A DNA stretch of 63,642 bases, the filler included, from Atractiella rhizophila (lineage: Eukaryota), in NCBI GenBank assembly GCA_021432655.1. It is 22 parts of 22 records of this genome, joined end to end, with 100 filler letters (N's around TTAATTAATTAA, not from the genome) between each part and the next. Parts side by side here need not be neighbours in the genome. Positions count along the whole stretch, not along the records: positions 23,644 to 26,431 come from MU272617.1; positions 26,532 to 29,319 come from MU272618.1; positions 29,420 to 32,206 come from MU272619.1; positions 32,307 to 35,086 come from MU272620.1; positions 35,187 to 37,964 come from MU272621.1; 17 more parts are not named here. One strand, 5' to 3'. The position numbers and the translations under genes are program-made. The stretch's first letter is position 1. Each line of letters opens with the position of its first letter. The notes beneath the pieces were generated by a model, which was given only the letters and a program-made list of their open reading frames with translations, made no database searches and was not told where the DNA came from. Below are positions 24,587-37,964 of the stretch, one piece after another.

Positions 24587-26431
24587 ATGGCTTCACTAGG
24601 CCAGCCTATGGGTCTTCGTGCGTCGCCCCTATAATTCTCTCGCAGCGGGAAGGGAGAAGTATTGACTTGCCATCTGGTAGCTTTAGAAGAGCATGTTGTG
24701 CTCAAAGGTTACTTGTTGAAGAAGAAATCCAAGAGGTTACAAGGTGTGCTCTTCCCTGGGAGTTGGGTTCGAAGCAGAAGCTCATCATCTTGTTCCCTAG
24801 GTTTCGCTAGACGACACTTCACGTTGTCAAACACCGTACCTATTCCTTCCATTTCTCTTCTCTCCCGTCACATGACGCGAAACAGGGTGTGCTATCGTAC
24901 TCTTTCACTCCCGACACCCCAGCCCGTCAGCGCGTAAACATCCACCACTGCACCATCAGCGTCCCCCACCCGCCTCCGCCCTCTCAACATCCACAACCGC
25001 CAGGACATGTCCCTCGCACCCCCAGGAGTTTTAACATCGACACCGGTCGGGAGGTATGGCATCTGCGTGCCCTGAACGAGGCGGACTTCGATTTGTGGAC
25101 AAACACGCTTGGGAGGTTGCTGAAGTCTGGCGGTGCGGGAAAAAGGAAGAGAGAGAGCTTGGGGATGGCGATGATGGGAGGAAAAGGAAGGGCACTGGAG
25201 GAAGTCGAGCGACTTGGAACTGTGTGTCCTTTTTACTCTCAGTAACCTTGACCGGACGAGCCAATGGTTTGTGTCAAGGACTTGGAAACACTTCAGGAGC
25301 TATTGAATAAGGTCAAAGCGGAAGTGGGTGCAAAGCGTCAGCCGAGTAGACAAGGGTCTTTTGTCGAAGCACATCAAACGGAGGGGAAGGATAAAGACCA
25401 TAAAGAACATCCAGCTCCTACGGAGAAGGAGAGACCCGGTGGAGGTGGGAAACTGGCAAAGATATTCAAGAAGGGTTTGTCCTTTCTGCCCTTTCCGATG
25501 TATTATGGTTTATTGACTTTGCTTTATGTAAAGGTCATTCTAAGGCTCCCAACGTCAATGGTGGAACAGAAGGGAGTCTTGCCGCCTCTTCCTCTCCTGG
25601 CTTGACGGTAACGACAAACGGTCTACCGTCTACGCCTTCCTCATCATCTTTCCTTGATGCGCACACACCAACAACCCCGAGCGCTCCCATGTCCCGATCG
25701 TTATCGCAAGACTCCACACTCAGCTCGCACCTCGGCAGCCTCTTCGACCTCCTCGAAAGCATGAAACAAACACATTCCGCATTGACCGCCTCCCTCTCTT
25801 CCTTGGCACTCACCCCTTTACCTCCCGACTTAACTCCCGGCGCAACTACTCCTCTCCCTCCCATTGCAGAGGCAGAAGGACCAACGGTCCGGGGACGCGA
25901 AGCGTTTTACACACCACCTTCCCAATCCGCATCCTTCTCCTCACTCAGCGGAAACTTCTTACCTTCTCTTCTCCCCGGCTTGACAACTTTTGTGAATCCA
26001 GCTTATGGGTTAGGATATAGTTTCTCGAGTAGTAGTCTAGGCCTAGGAAGGAGGTCAAGCCTTGATTCTACCACTACGGCTGGGGGGTATGTGGATGCTG
26101 AAGAGGGCGAGTTCTTGGAGGTCGATGGATTTGATGAGGAGAGCGACGAATTGGTGGAGGACGAGAAGGAGGGTCACAGGGGAACGCTTGATAGTTCAGT
26201 TGCCAGTTCCAGCATCTTGAAAGAACTGAAGGGGTCTGAGGAGAGCGTTGAAACCGGACTAGAACCCAAGAAAGAGGAAGGGAAATTGAACAAGGTTGCG
26301 AGGGAGAAGAGGAGGGAGCAGTTGCCGGCTCCCGTTAGTGGAGAGGAGCTGAGTCTTGGAGGATTGATAAGGAAGAGCATTGGGAAGGACATGACGAAGA
26401 TGGCGATGCCTATATCGATGAACGAACCGCT
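24587..26431 (+). CDS. OSH3: Oxysterol-binding protein with PH domain (Osh3-like), 3' truncated
   Basis: PH domain (LKGYLLKKKSKRLQG-FARRHFTL; IDTGREVWHLRALNEADFDLW), FFAT-like YVDAEE, and the start of the ORD (RREQLPAP..SLGGLIRKSIGKDMTKMAMPISMNEP). Confidence 0.9.
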
Positions 26432-26531
26432 NNNNNNNNNNNNNNNNNNNNNNNNNNNNNNNNNNNNNNNNNNNNTTAATTAATTAANNNNNNNNNNNNN
26501 NNNNNNNNNNNNNNNNNNNNNNNNNNNNNNN

Positions 26532-26803
26532 ACGTATTTGAGGATTGTGTCCTGCTCTGACGTCCCATCTACCCTATGGTCGTGCTATCAGCTTAGTGTG
26601 CGAGAGGAAGACCGAGTGGAATACTTGAGCGTCTCCCTCATTAACGAGGTTGGCAAGTCCCCAACGACAACTTCATTATCTCCCTTTTTTAACGCGCAAG
26701 TGACGGATCGAGCAACCTCAGCTCTCTTGGAATATAATGTAACTTCCTCGATGGGGAATGCCTGAGCGGAGACAGTAAGTTTGTGCGTCTCAGGTTCAGA
26801 CAT
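26532..26803 (-). CDS. DUF4140/DUF4139 (MuiA-like) protein, N-terminus
   Basis: PIEEVTLYSKRAEVARSVTCALKKGDNEVVVGDLPTSLMRETL-..GRDVRAGHNPQI matches the DUF4140 pattern IxxVTxYxxRAxVxR...GxNxxxxxxLP. Confidence 0.8.
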
Positions 26804-28181
26804 CTTATCGTTTTTTGAAAGAACTAGATCAGCCTTGGTGGTCGATTTGGAGGGAACATGGAGAGAAATAGATGCATTTATACCTTCAATTGAGGGCCCT
26901 GAGGGTCCGCATGCATGATTCGCTCCAAAAATTGTCCGCGCCTTCATAGTTGGAGTTTATCAAAGAAATCATGTCTGCAAGTGAGACAAAGGTAGATTTG
27001 AACCGGACCAAAACGGGATAGTATTGGAAAACCAGCGAGAACGGATACATCGAAAAGAAATGGGATTCGCGTTGTACTTGCTCGAAAAGCATGAATTTTC
27101 GTGTAAATATATAATAAATCATAAATATGGAACGCATAAAGCAGGTTCTATACTGAATGAATCTTTCACGAGCATCCCTGAAAATGCACGACTAATAAGG
27201 AAAGGTTATCGTGAGATAACCAATAAAAACAGTTTATTGGGTAGATTCCATAGCCCGCTGACTTTGTAAAGACCTTGGGAGCATTTGTATACAGGAAAGT
27301 AGTACCGGTTCTTGATGACCAGTCGAGATTTGAATGATTTTATCGCGGTAAGACATAGTGGGCATTTCAAATATAACAGCCTACGAGTAGGAGCATAACA
27401 GGAATCACATCCTTGGAGTGTGAGAAGACACAGTTTACTTCCCAAGAAGCTTTGATGATCACTCATCCTTCCACTTGCCCTACAACTTCTCCGAACCAGC
27501 AGAAGTAGACGCTCACTTACCTCAACGCAACGTCATGGTCATCGAACCGATCTTTCAACTATCCAGGAATATTCCTGAATCCACCACTGAGTTACTAATG
27601 CACCCTCTGACCACTGTTTAAACCTCAACTTCGTGAACAACCAAGATTTCGAGGATGTATGGCGCATGCATCGTTGGAGATGACGGATAGAGGAGTACAG
27701 CAGACGCAGCTATGAGTATAGTGTCCTGTCACAGTTCTTACTTTACTTTGAGCAGCGACGACCAGACCGAACTCACTGTTGCCAGTTTTGTCTTAGGCGA
27801 ATTCTTGTTCAAAGAGTCATAATCATGATAGCGGCGCAGATGACTCAAGTGATTTGAAATATGTTTAAGGCAGAAGGCAAGACGGGTGACGGCAGCGTGG
27901 GATTTCTTGTTGAACACAAATCAATTGCCTTGAATGTTTTGTATGTACTGTAAAGACAGGTTGATTAATGTGAATCTATGAAGTGATTTGAATGAGTATG
28001 AGCGTGTCAATGGCAGAAAGGTTGCGAATGAGTTGTGCTTGAAGTTTGTGAACCAACGACGCCAGAGCCCAAAACTTCAAACGAAAACTAAAGAGAGCAT
28101 GTGTACCCAAATCCAATGACCGCTCCAACTGAATGTCCGTTTCTCGTTCTACGAGATTTTTCCCTGTTGGGTGATGTATCC

Positions 28182-29319
28182 TCATGCTTCGGCGACAGCC
28201 TCAATTGGATCCCTTCCGTCCGCCCTCCCGTTGTAAGTTTTCGTCCTCTCAATGTGGTCCAACGTGCTGCTAGACAGCGCTCGCTCCACATGGTTGCGAG
28301 CGTTCCTTACGCTGAGCAGCTCCTCCGCATTCCTGTTATCTTGAGGATGGAAAGGAACGTTCTGAGTGGAATAGATGAAAATATCGGGCGAGAGCGATTC
28401 GGAAGGATGGGAAGTAATCTCCAGCATTTCGCGGTGGATGATACGTTGACAGAAGTAATCCATGTTCAGATCGTTCAGGTCGTAACCGAATGGATTTTCA
28501 ATTTCAGTACCAATGGACAGCAGGCCTGGGACATCCTGATCAGTTCCGCTCAGCTAAGTTAAAGGGCAAGTGCGAACCCAGGAACACAAAAGCGGAGATC
28601 GCGACGGCGGGGATAGAGACCCACTTCAAGGCAGCCTCAATCTGTATTGCGTATCAACCTCTGCATCCAAAATGCCATTTATGAAAGTAAAAAACGAACC
28701 TGGAATGGCAGGACAAGCAGATAGAGCCAGACGACGTGCTTCAAATGAATGGCGTATCCGACCGGGATGGGAGTGGTTAGAATTCTCTCGAGTGAGGCGA
28801 GGGCCGTGGCTGAAAGAGACTGCCGTCAGCGTTGACAATAGGGAAGGCGTCAGGAAAACACACTGAAGTTGCTAACGGACAACAGCATAGCCGAGACTGT
28901 GGGAGCGTCAATCGTCTTTCGCCTGTGGCAAGACGTTTATTAACTGTGTTAAGCTGCAAGAAAGAAAGGTGCTTACTTAGCCAGAGTTGAAATATAGCTG
29001 CTCAAAACCAGTGTAAGCTCCAAAGGGATATTCTCTTGCGTCAAGGGCTTTCTCTTCTTTCCCTTCCTCCGCTGGCCATCCTTTGATCTCGCTCGTCTCG
29101 AGATATACTTGAAGGCGCTCCTGACAGGGATAAGGAATTGAAACAGGTCATCGATCCAGTTAAAGTCTGGGGGGTTCCTTGCGGGCCTCAAAGGTTCAGG
29201 AGGAATGGGGATACCAGAACCGTGCCCTCCAACAGTAGGTGGTTGAGCCATGGCATGTGCGTGGGCGGCAGACATCTTGGCGGCGCTCTCCGTCTTCTGT
29301 CTTAGCAGGTTGGCGACGG
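28182..29319 (-). CDS. Bestrophin-like (UPF0187/YneE) anion channel, C-terminal half
   Basis: ENIPLELTL, LERILTTPIPVGYAIHLKHVVWLYLLVLPFQ and GLLSIGTEIENPFGYDLNDLNMD. Confidence 0.9.
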
Positions 29320-29439
29320 NNNNNNNNNNNNNNNNNNNNNNNNNNNNNNNNNNNNNNNNNNNNTTAATTAATTAANNNNNNNNNNNNNNNNNNNNNNNNN
29401 NNNNNNNNNNNNNNNNNNNTTTAAAGGAAGAACAAACAG

Positions 29440-30183
29440 TTGGGACCCCATAATCAAGTACATCAAGGACCAGCATTCCGCCTATCTTCGCAAGGAGCTT
29501 ACTGCCATGCGAGACCGATATATTCAAGACACGCGGATCCATTGCGCGCTCTATTTTATCGCTCCTACCGGCCACAGCTTGAGGACGATCGATATCATTG
29601 TCATGAAGAAGCTTTCGGAGGTGGTGAACGTCGTCCCTGTCATTGCCAAGAGCGACAGTCTCACGCTCGAGGAAAGACAGAAGTTCAAGGAAACTGTACG
29701 CCTTTCTTACACTGACCCGTGTCGTGATCGAACCATGTGAGAGTAGATCCGCGCTGAGCTTGCCCATCACAATATTCGGGTTTTCCCCTTCGATAACGAT
29801 GAAAATGATCCTGAGGAGACTCAACTCAACGAAGCGATCAGGAACATGATCCCCTTTGCGGTCGTTGGTTCGGAGAGGAATGTGATCATTGATGGAAAAC
29901 CGGTGAGAGGAAGGAAGAATAGGTGGGGAGTCATCAATGTCGAAAATGAGCAACACTGCGACTTCAACTACCTCAGGAATTTCTTGATGAGGTTCGTGCT
30001 TTCATGTTTATGGGCTATTCGATTGAACACTGATCTGGTCGTCGTGACTGCAGGACTCACCTACAAGACCTGATCGAGACTACTGCTCAGATCCACTACG
30101 AAGCTTTCAGGTCGAAACAACTACTTGCACTTAAGGAATCGAGTGCGAACAAGGCTGCTCAACAACAACCCAACGGTGTTTAG
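29440..30183 (+). CDS. CDC10: Septin, Cdc10 group, C-terminal part
   Basis: WDPIIKYIKDQHSAYLRKELTAMRDRYIQDTRIHCALYFI, VPVIAKSD (G4), GRKNRWG and THLQDLIETTAQIHYEAFRSKQL. There is no C-terminal coiled coil. Confidence 0.95.
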
Positions 30184-32306
30184 AGGATGTCTTTTCCACT
30201 TACCTTTCTCGACCAACCAAATGTTTATCCATTCGTCCTCTCAAAGCGTCAGCTTCGTTCGTTTAATCCAGGCTTTTCGTACGGTCCATTTCCAGTTCCG
30301 CTGTCTACTCATCTTGTTACGTTACATCTTTTGTCAGAGGTGGTCAAAGATTTTGGCGAAGGTCCAAACTCTGCCTTTTTTGGTTGGGGAGGTCGAATGG
30401 GGTTCGCTGTTCGCTCAAAGTTGAGTACGTTGAGTGGTAGGAGACGCAGAGTGGTTATACCCTTACTCTTTGGTTAATGCATTCGATTTATTCTTCAACC
30501 TTCAATGTGGCAAAGCAGAATGGAATGCTACTCGTGCCTTCCTCCTTCCATGAAGCTTGAAGCTTGAAACATGTGGATTTCGAGTTCGAGGACAAAGAGT
30601 GAGGAAAAGCTTGAGGAAAGGAAAGTATTGAAGCATCGCATTGATGCTATTCACATCAGTTTCCGTCACTTTTCGTTTTTAGGTCACAGGTACGTAATTA
30701 ACATGTTTGTGCAAACATGCATTTCACAAGCTGTGAAAGAGTGAGAAAAAATTATAGCGCAAGTCCCCCGAAAGAGACTTCGCGCCTAAGCAAATATTCA
30801 GACCCGTGCCAACGCGATGCGCCGTCACTAATATGGGACTCCCGTGGGTCATTTGGGTCACCGTGCAATGCGCGAGTCCCATACCAGACACCCAGGTTTC
30901 TTGAGCCCCAGAAGCCAGGTCAAGGTAAGTATGAAGATTTCAACTTGACCTTCCTCCCTTTTTATATCTTTCGCAAACACACAAGGTTATCGGAATTTAG
31001 TTGCAAAGCCACTCCTCAAAAAGGAAACTAGTGGCTTCCGAATCATTTATCGCCGATGTTCCATTACCTTCGCATTTCTCAACCCTGCTATAAACCAACC
31101 TCAGGCTGTGATATAAAAACCCGTGATATGCGACGCTTTTAGCGCTCAGTGCTCAGTTCTGGTTCTGGAAAGCCAAGTTTTAATGGCATGAAAGCTAGCA
31201 TACATATTACTCCACATGCACAACGAGCCACCACCTTCATGTGAGCGCCTCTGCCTGCCAAAGGCTCTTGCAAAGAATTGTTGCTCAAGGTTTATCTGCT
31301 TGCGTCACAATTTGAAGTAGACGATGTCGATACTTGTCCGCACTCGACGCGCTCCTTTCTCCTAGACATCATAGACCCCAGGCTCTCCACATGCCAGCCT
31401 CGATTTTGTGGGAAAGTGATTGCAAGGCTTTGCTTGGACATGTCATTGAACCACTGCTCTCACCCGCATTGTACCTCTCGCTCCTTATGATGTGTCACAC
31501 TTTTATGAGATCATGGAAAGCACTCCGCGAACTCCAGTATTGGCTATAGCGAGGTGACGAAGTGGGCAGAAAGATGGAAACCGCTTTCCACCTTTCATCC
31601 CATTGATCAACCACAGTAACCTCCAATACAGATGTTTGAGACGTGTCACAAGGTGCGCTGTGGTGCTCCGACTTTCACTTCAACATACGGCTGCCCAGCC
31701 CATCTTCAAGGTAGATGTCTACATCAATCCTCAGGCAAAGCTGCCCACGTTTCTTTCTTCCGAGGTGGAATCGTGAGGATTGCGGACAAACCTTCATCTT
31801 CCAGTATTGGCTATCGTGAAGAAAGGATAGGCGCCCTTGTAGGTCCGCTGGATATTCGCTATTCCATTAGATTCATAGGCTGTCCATCTCAGGAGTCTCC
31901 TACTAAAGAAATACTGATCTGGGTATTTAGACGACATCCTTGACGAAATGAAAATATTACTGTATCACTTGCGAGAAAACAGAGGCAGAGGAAGCACGAA
32001 GCACGAAGCCTTCAGATTTGTCAGTCTATTAGCGGATTGGGTTTGAGTTCATCCTTGTGCCGTCGTCGTAAACTGATCACAATTAACTCTTTTGCAGGAT
32101 CGCAGGATCCAAAAACAAGAAATTCCTCCCTGCTTCTATACATCATCAAGAATGAATTGTACTGACTATGAAGGCATCACTTCACGACCAGTTCCTTGGT
32201 CGTGAANNNNNNNNNNNNNNNNNNNNNNNNNNNNNNNNNNNNNNNNNNNNTTAATTAATTAANNNNNNNNNNNNNNNNNNNNNNNNNNNNNNNNNNNNNN
32301 NNNNNN

Positions 32307-32980
32307 GAAGAAAGGAAGAGGAAATTGGCGGAACAGCGAGCGGAAGAACGTCGTCAGGACGAAGAGAAGATCGCCCGACAACGGATGAGAGAAGAAGAGG
32401 CTGAATTGCGCCGCCTGGAGAAAGAAAGGAACAACCGAAACACGGTCGGATCAGCAACATGGCGTGGTTCCAATGCTCCTTCTTCGCCAGCCCCTGTCAC
32501 GCCTGTCACGCCTGTTGCAGCCGCTCCTTCATCTGGGACCGCTACTCCTACTGGGACTGGCGAGAGGAGGCCATTGTTTGGCGGCAAGGGCGGCGGATGG
32601 AGGGAGAGGGAGAAGGCAAGACTTGAGTCTGGCGCGAATACGCCAAGAGGTGCGACAACGCCGCAACGATCTGAGAGCCCTGTCCCTCCCGAAAGGGTTG
32701 CTACGCCAGCTGCAGCTAGTGCTGGCGGTGAGTGGCGGAGAGGAGGAGACAGCACGGAGAAGCCTGCTTCCGCCTCCAGTGGGAAATGGACATCAAACAG
32801 AGCTCAGCAAAGTCAGAAGGAGGACAAGAAGGATCAAGGTGTGCTTCTGCTATTGCAAATCGTGTTTATGGATTTGTTAACTCTGATGACGATGCAGCGG
32901 AAGACGGATTTCAAACCGTTGCGAAGAAGACAGCATACCGACCACCCGGTGCTCGAGGATCAGGTGGAGGACGCTGGTGA
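32307..32980 (+). CDS. TIF32: Translation initiation factor eIF3 subunit A, C-terminus
   Basis: Charged helix (ARQRMREEEAE), GGGWREREKAR, and spliced end EDGFQTVAKKTAYRPPGARGSGGGRW*, as in fungal eIF3a tails. Low complexity limits certainty. Confidence 0.7.
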
Positions 32981-33294
32981 TTCGGTGCTTGATGACATTA
33001 CTCAATTTGCCGACGATTTATATGCCTTTACTTTTGTTTTTGTTGATTTCTTTGCGAGTTTTGGAATGAATTTGACGTTGAATGACAGCTTTTGGTCGAA
33101 AGCACAAGGTTAGCCCCATTTGCATAAAAGGCTGGGGTAGACGGGGTAGAGGCGGCAAGCGTCATTAGGCTGAGGAGAAAGCATAACTGAACAAGGTGCC
33201 GAACCTGTCACGACAATCTCCCGCACCCAGCTCCAAAGTTTTCACCCGTCGACCATCGCTCGCTGGACATCGCAAATCATTAGCTTATATTTTC

Positions 33295-33906
33295 ATGCCC
33301 TCCATTGTAACATCAGCTTCACTATCAGATCTCTTACTTGATGCAATTCTGGGTAGATGTCCTATCTGAATGTCTTGGTGTGTTCCTCCAATGCCAGCAC
33401 CTATGAACTCGTAAACTAACTCTTGATCTTGACTTGCAGGTCTTCGAAACGTTGAGTGTGCGTCCTTGATGTCCTTTTAATAACCTCAGCAGTCGTTTAT
33501 GGAGACGCGAAGACCCCAGGATACCATGTGCTGGAGTACAGAGGGGACGTGTCCGAGAGATCTACGGCCAACCATTGGTCAACTGGACCTCTTACGCCCA
33601 TGACCCCAGTGCACGGAGTAGACCCGAGAGAACACACGATGATGGCGAGAAGAGAAGAGGCGATGAAAAAAGCTCGCCTGAGGTTCGTGCATTCACTTTC
33701 TCCCTCTCGCGTGACAGGCACTGAAGAGAGAGATAGGGTCGCACAGCTCGGAGGGAACGCTTTATTGCAAGCGGAGACGAGGATGAACGAGGTGTGACTC
33801 CCGCTACATTACTTTAAAGAGACGAAATGAGAGCTGATGCCAATTCATTCGACAGGCTGGTCACTTCGTCTGCACCGGAAAAGCAGCGATCTTGACGCCA
33901 CGGTGA
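33295..33906 (+). CDS. Small YbjQ/UPF0145-like protein, 5 short exons
   Basis: Spliced product MPSIV..DAILG-LRNVE-FVYGDAKTPGYHVLEYRGDV..MMARREEAMKKARL-RVAQLGGNALLQAETRMNE-AGHFVCTGKAAILTPR* fits the pattern PGYxIxExxGxV / RxxA..AxxLGxNA / GxA. Confidence 0.65.
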
Positions 33907-36695
33907 CTTCCGCTGTCGTCCTTCGCCGACTTCACCTTTCTGTTGTCACGCTACGATTCTTCCAGAATGGTCTCTCTCCATCGTGATCAACCGCCTATGG
34001 GCTTTCCTGCTCTGAAGCCTTCCGACTCGTCGCAATTCTCTTTATTCATTTCTGCCTCGCACATTCACCTCAGCTTCCGGTTGGTGCCATCATCTCTCGA
34101 CCGATCTCACCTCTCACACGTTTATCATGAGTCCAGGTGCGCCATCACCTCGACCCTGCCCTCGTTTCCTCCATCATTTCATCTCTTGCCGGCCGATCGG
34201 AACCTCAAAATAAATGGTTGTGCCTGTCTGCTTGATCGTCTCGAAAATTCCAATCTGTTCATCCATCAATCGGTCATTCATCCCATTCCGTGTTGATTTG
34301 CTCCCTCACATCTTCACAACCAATCTCACAACCAAACAATGTGATTTACATGTGATAAATTTCTATGTGTTTTCCCCCGATTTCGCCCTTCTAAAAGTTT
34401 TATATTCTCAGGTTGCTTTGATTCTGATCTGATTGCTTTGCTTTGAGTTTGGATGGTTGAATCGATCAAGATTTGTTCTGTTTCAAGACCAAAGATCATG
34501 CCTGTTGATTGAATTTTTTCTAGTTTACGAAGTACTTTGCTATATACCTCAGAGACCACTTTCAATATCCCTCTTCCATTTCTTCCACCCTTCGGCCCAT
34601 CTCTTTTTCCTCTTCCTTCCCATCCACCTGTTCATCTTTCTCCACGATCCGGCATTCCAGCAATTCTTCAATTTAGAGGACATCGAAAAACCCAATCGCT
34701 CCCCATGGTTTCGATGGGCCGAATTTTCCCTTCGCATATGTACACTTGTTTATGTACAGTTCTTCCTCCCCTTTGCCATTACGCGTTCAAAGAAGCTTTC
34801 CTTTACACTCTGTTCTTGTATAATATCGCCCAACGCATACGGCGAATGAGAAATAACATCAATCTTTCATTCATCATCGATAAGTTCCAATAGCAATATT
34901 GGTGTTAGTACAGGCAATTGGTTCCTTTGTTTCTTCAGATGTCCTTTGGCCCCAGATTTCCGTGCAACATGTTCGTTTCAGGCTGATACAGTTCAATATT
35001 TCCGTTCACTTGTTGAGGATTGTGCTCTCGATAGCTTGCAAAATGACCTTGACCCCCGTAGCTCCAGCATCGGGGACGTTGCCTACNNNNNNNNNNNNNN
35101 NNNNNNNNNNNNNNNNNNNNNNNNNNNNNNTTAATTAATTAANNNNNNNNNNNNNNNNNNNNNNNNNNNNNNNNNNNNNNNNNNNNGCATAAAGGACATC
35201 ATGCCATCTTCCTACCAAAATTTCACTGTGAAATCAATTGTATTGAGTTTGTATGGGGCCATGCAAAGCGATATACACGTGTTAAGCACATTGGGTTCCT
35301 TGTGGTTGATTAATGCTGAAGCTGTTTCCAGCAAACTGTGATTACACTTTCGAAGGATTACGTCATACAGTTCCAGAAGCCCTGAAGTCTATCAAACTCT
35401 TATCGCTCTCATCACTGGATCAGAGCTTACAAGGAGGGGAAGAATGTTATTGATGATGGATACCAGGTAAAGGAGTATGCCTCACATCGAAGAATTCCAG
35501 AGGTACGAGCTTCGACTAGGGATATTTCTTTCATTTGAATCATACTGCCTTCTTGTTCTTTGCCAAATTAATAATGCATATGTACATATATTTGTGCTTC
35601 TAAGAATATCAAATTCTTGCAGGTCTGCACTCAGCTTGCAAGCAAGAAGGGGAAAATTTCGCTTAAAAAAATTGGAACATGTGAGTCATGATGAGTCATG
35701 GTTGGACACTTTGGTTGGGACTAGGCGCTTCGCACCATAGCAGACTGCTTTGCAAGGCGAGGGACGAGAGGATTTTCGTCGGTACCTCCCCTTCAATCGA
35801 TCGACAGGAGGCACTCATGCATTTGCATGGTCAAATGGAGCAAATGTTCATTGCGTTCTTGAGAATTCTGTGTGAGAACTGGCATCTTTGGAACCTGAAC
35901 TTGGAGCTGATGAGCTGTCACGATTAAAGATTACAATAAAGCCAATTTATTTGATCGAGGGAACCAGGAATTGAAAAGAATGGAGATACGAGAAGCAACA
36001 GGGCAACAGAGACGAAGGTGAAAAGATAAACCAAACACACGTAAAATCACGGCTGTCTTTCAGTCCTTGACCACGAACCTCTGTTTGTAAGATTGTCAAC
36101 GACCTTTGTCCAGAGTCGAGAATCGAACGCATCTTGAAGAAATCATTGTCAGTAAATTCATTTCGAATATCGTGCGATTGAGGCCATTTTACAAGTTGGA
36201 AAGCACCGAAAGTGAGTTTGAGTTTTAACTCTCGAAAGGTCAGTATTTTCTTTGATGTTGTGCAGGAAAGGTCGCGTGTAGAAGTAAGACAGACTGGTTG
36301 TGTGGTAGTCCTTGGACTACTTCATGAGAGGATTGAGATCTACATTCACAAGGTCCATCTGCCATAATGGACGTAGGTGGCAGATCAGAGATCCCAATTA
36401 GCCGGCACAAGTATCTTGTGTGAAAGATAGACGGATAGCCGTGCTCTCCGTGAAGCTGCATATGAGGAAGCGGCAACAATAGCTTATGCGAACGTGATTT
36501 CCAATTGACGATCATAAGCCTATGTCTCCTTGCTCCTGACAAGCTACCGCGCGACCCATGATTCATTTAGATTGCATCGATATAACCCACAGAAGCGCTG
36601 ATGAAATTCGTCTTAGAAACGCATTTGACTTCAGAAACCTTTCTTCTTCCTTCAGGCACCTCCAGCCTTGTACTTCAACAACTGCATCGCAACCC

Positions 36696-37964
36696 ATGTC
36701 TCACTTTACCTACATGTCGAAAAATCCGGTCAAGGTCTTTAAAGTCCCCGAAAATATCAAGAAGGCGAATCCGTTGGGATTGCGGGTCCTTTGCATCGAC
36801 AATGGCGGCATCCGCTCCTTTTCCGCTCCGTACATGCTTGAACAGATTATGCTTCAAGCAAGGCACCTTCTCAAAGTGCCAGAAGACGAAGATCTTCGTC
36901 CCTGCGATATTTTTGATCTAATCTGTGGAACTTCCACTGGTGGATGGATCGCGCTGATGCTCGGCAGGCTGGGAATGACCGTTCGACAATGCATTGCGGC
37001 GTACGAAGAGATCATGGAGAACGTGTTTTTGAATAACGTCTCAAGCTCCAGCGACGAGTACGCTTACTCAGCGAAAAAACTCGAAGAAACTTTGACCACT
37101 ATCATCCAGCGACATACGAATTCTTCCCAATGCGCTATGAAGTCCTTTCCGATGAAAGATGCTTCCTTGCAGGACAGATGTAGAACGTTTGTGGTTTCTA
37201 CCTACAAGTCCAACGTCGTCGTTTCCACAGCGATGCGTACATACGATCTTCGTGCTTCTGGATCCTCGCCGTTTATACCTGCCTCCGCTTATACGGTCTG
37301 GGAAGCTGCAAGGGCGACTGCCGCTGCACCTCCCTTCTTCCCTCCCATCGACATGGATTCCACCGAGTACATTTCGCTGTTTCACGACAATCCGACCGCA
37401 ATAGCTGTCGAAGAGGCAAAGCGCATTTGGGGAGACAGAAGTGAGATTGCCTGCCTTGTGTCTCTCGGCTCCGGAAATGCACCTGCCATCAAGTTGGACA
37501 AAGTCGAGCAAGCTTTGAAGGCGATGGCTGCGGATTGCTCAAGGGTAGCGAACGACATGAAGATGAAGATGCAGCGACGTCAGATGGGCCACTGCTATCA
37601 TCGTTTCTCGGTTGATACTTTTGGAGATTTCAGGTGGGAAGAATGGGAACGAAAGAATGAAGCTGTGGGATGCACGAAGGCTTACATGGATGCGATGTAT
37701 TATGAAGTGATGCCTGCTGCTCAATCGCTAGTGAAAGGTATGTTCCTCCTGGTTGTAATTGCATGCCCTAACCCACTTTCTATTTGTCAGCTTGCAACGA
37801 TCGGATTGCTGTGTACAGGAAGATTCCACTACCTCTTTCAAGCGCTTGTTATGGAAGAGAAGATGAAGTTCAGAAAGCGATCGACTTCATCGTCACCGAT
37901 CAGAGGCACCTTGCCATCATCGGCGGCGCAGGTAACGGCAAATCTACGGTCGCACTGGAAGTCC
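36696..37964 (+). CDS. Fungal NLR-like protein: patatin-like domain plus start of STAND (NB-ARC-like) P-loop NTPase, 3' truncated
   Basis: LRVLCIDNGGIR, RPCDIFDLICGTSTGGWIALMLGRL, WEAARATAAAP and VSLGSG. After an intron at about 37738-37790 come CYGREDEV and Walker A GGAGNGKST. An upstream in-frame ATG at 36558 is also possible. Confidence 0.9.

Noticed and set aside
29372..29956. 194-aa antisense ORF over the septin, and similar antisense ORFs over ZPR1, VPS41, YVC1 and RIM101
   Set aside because: These are shadow ORFs of conserved coding strands with no independent motifs.
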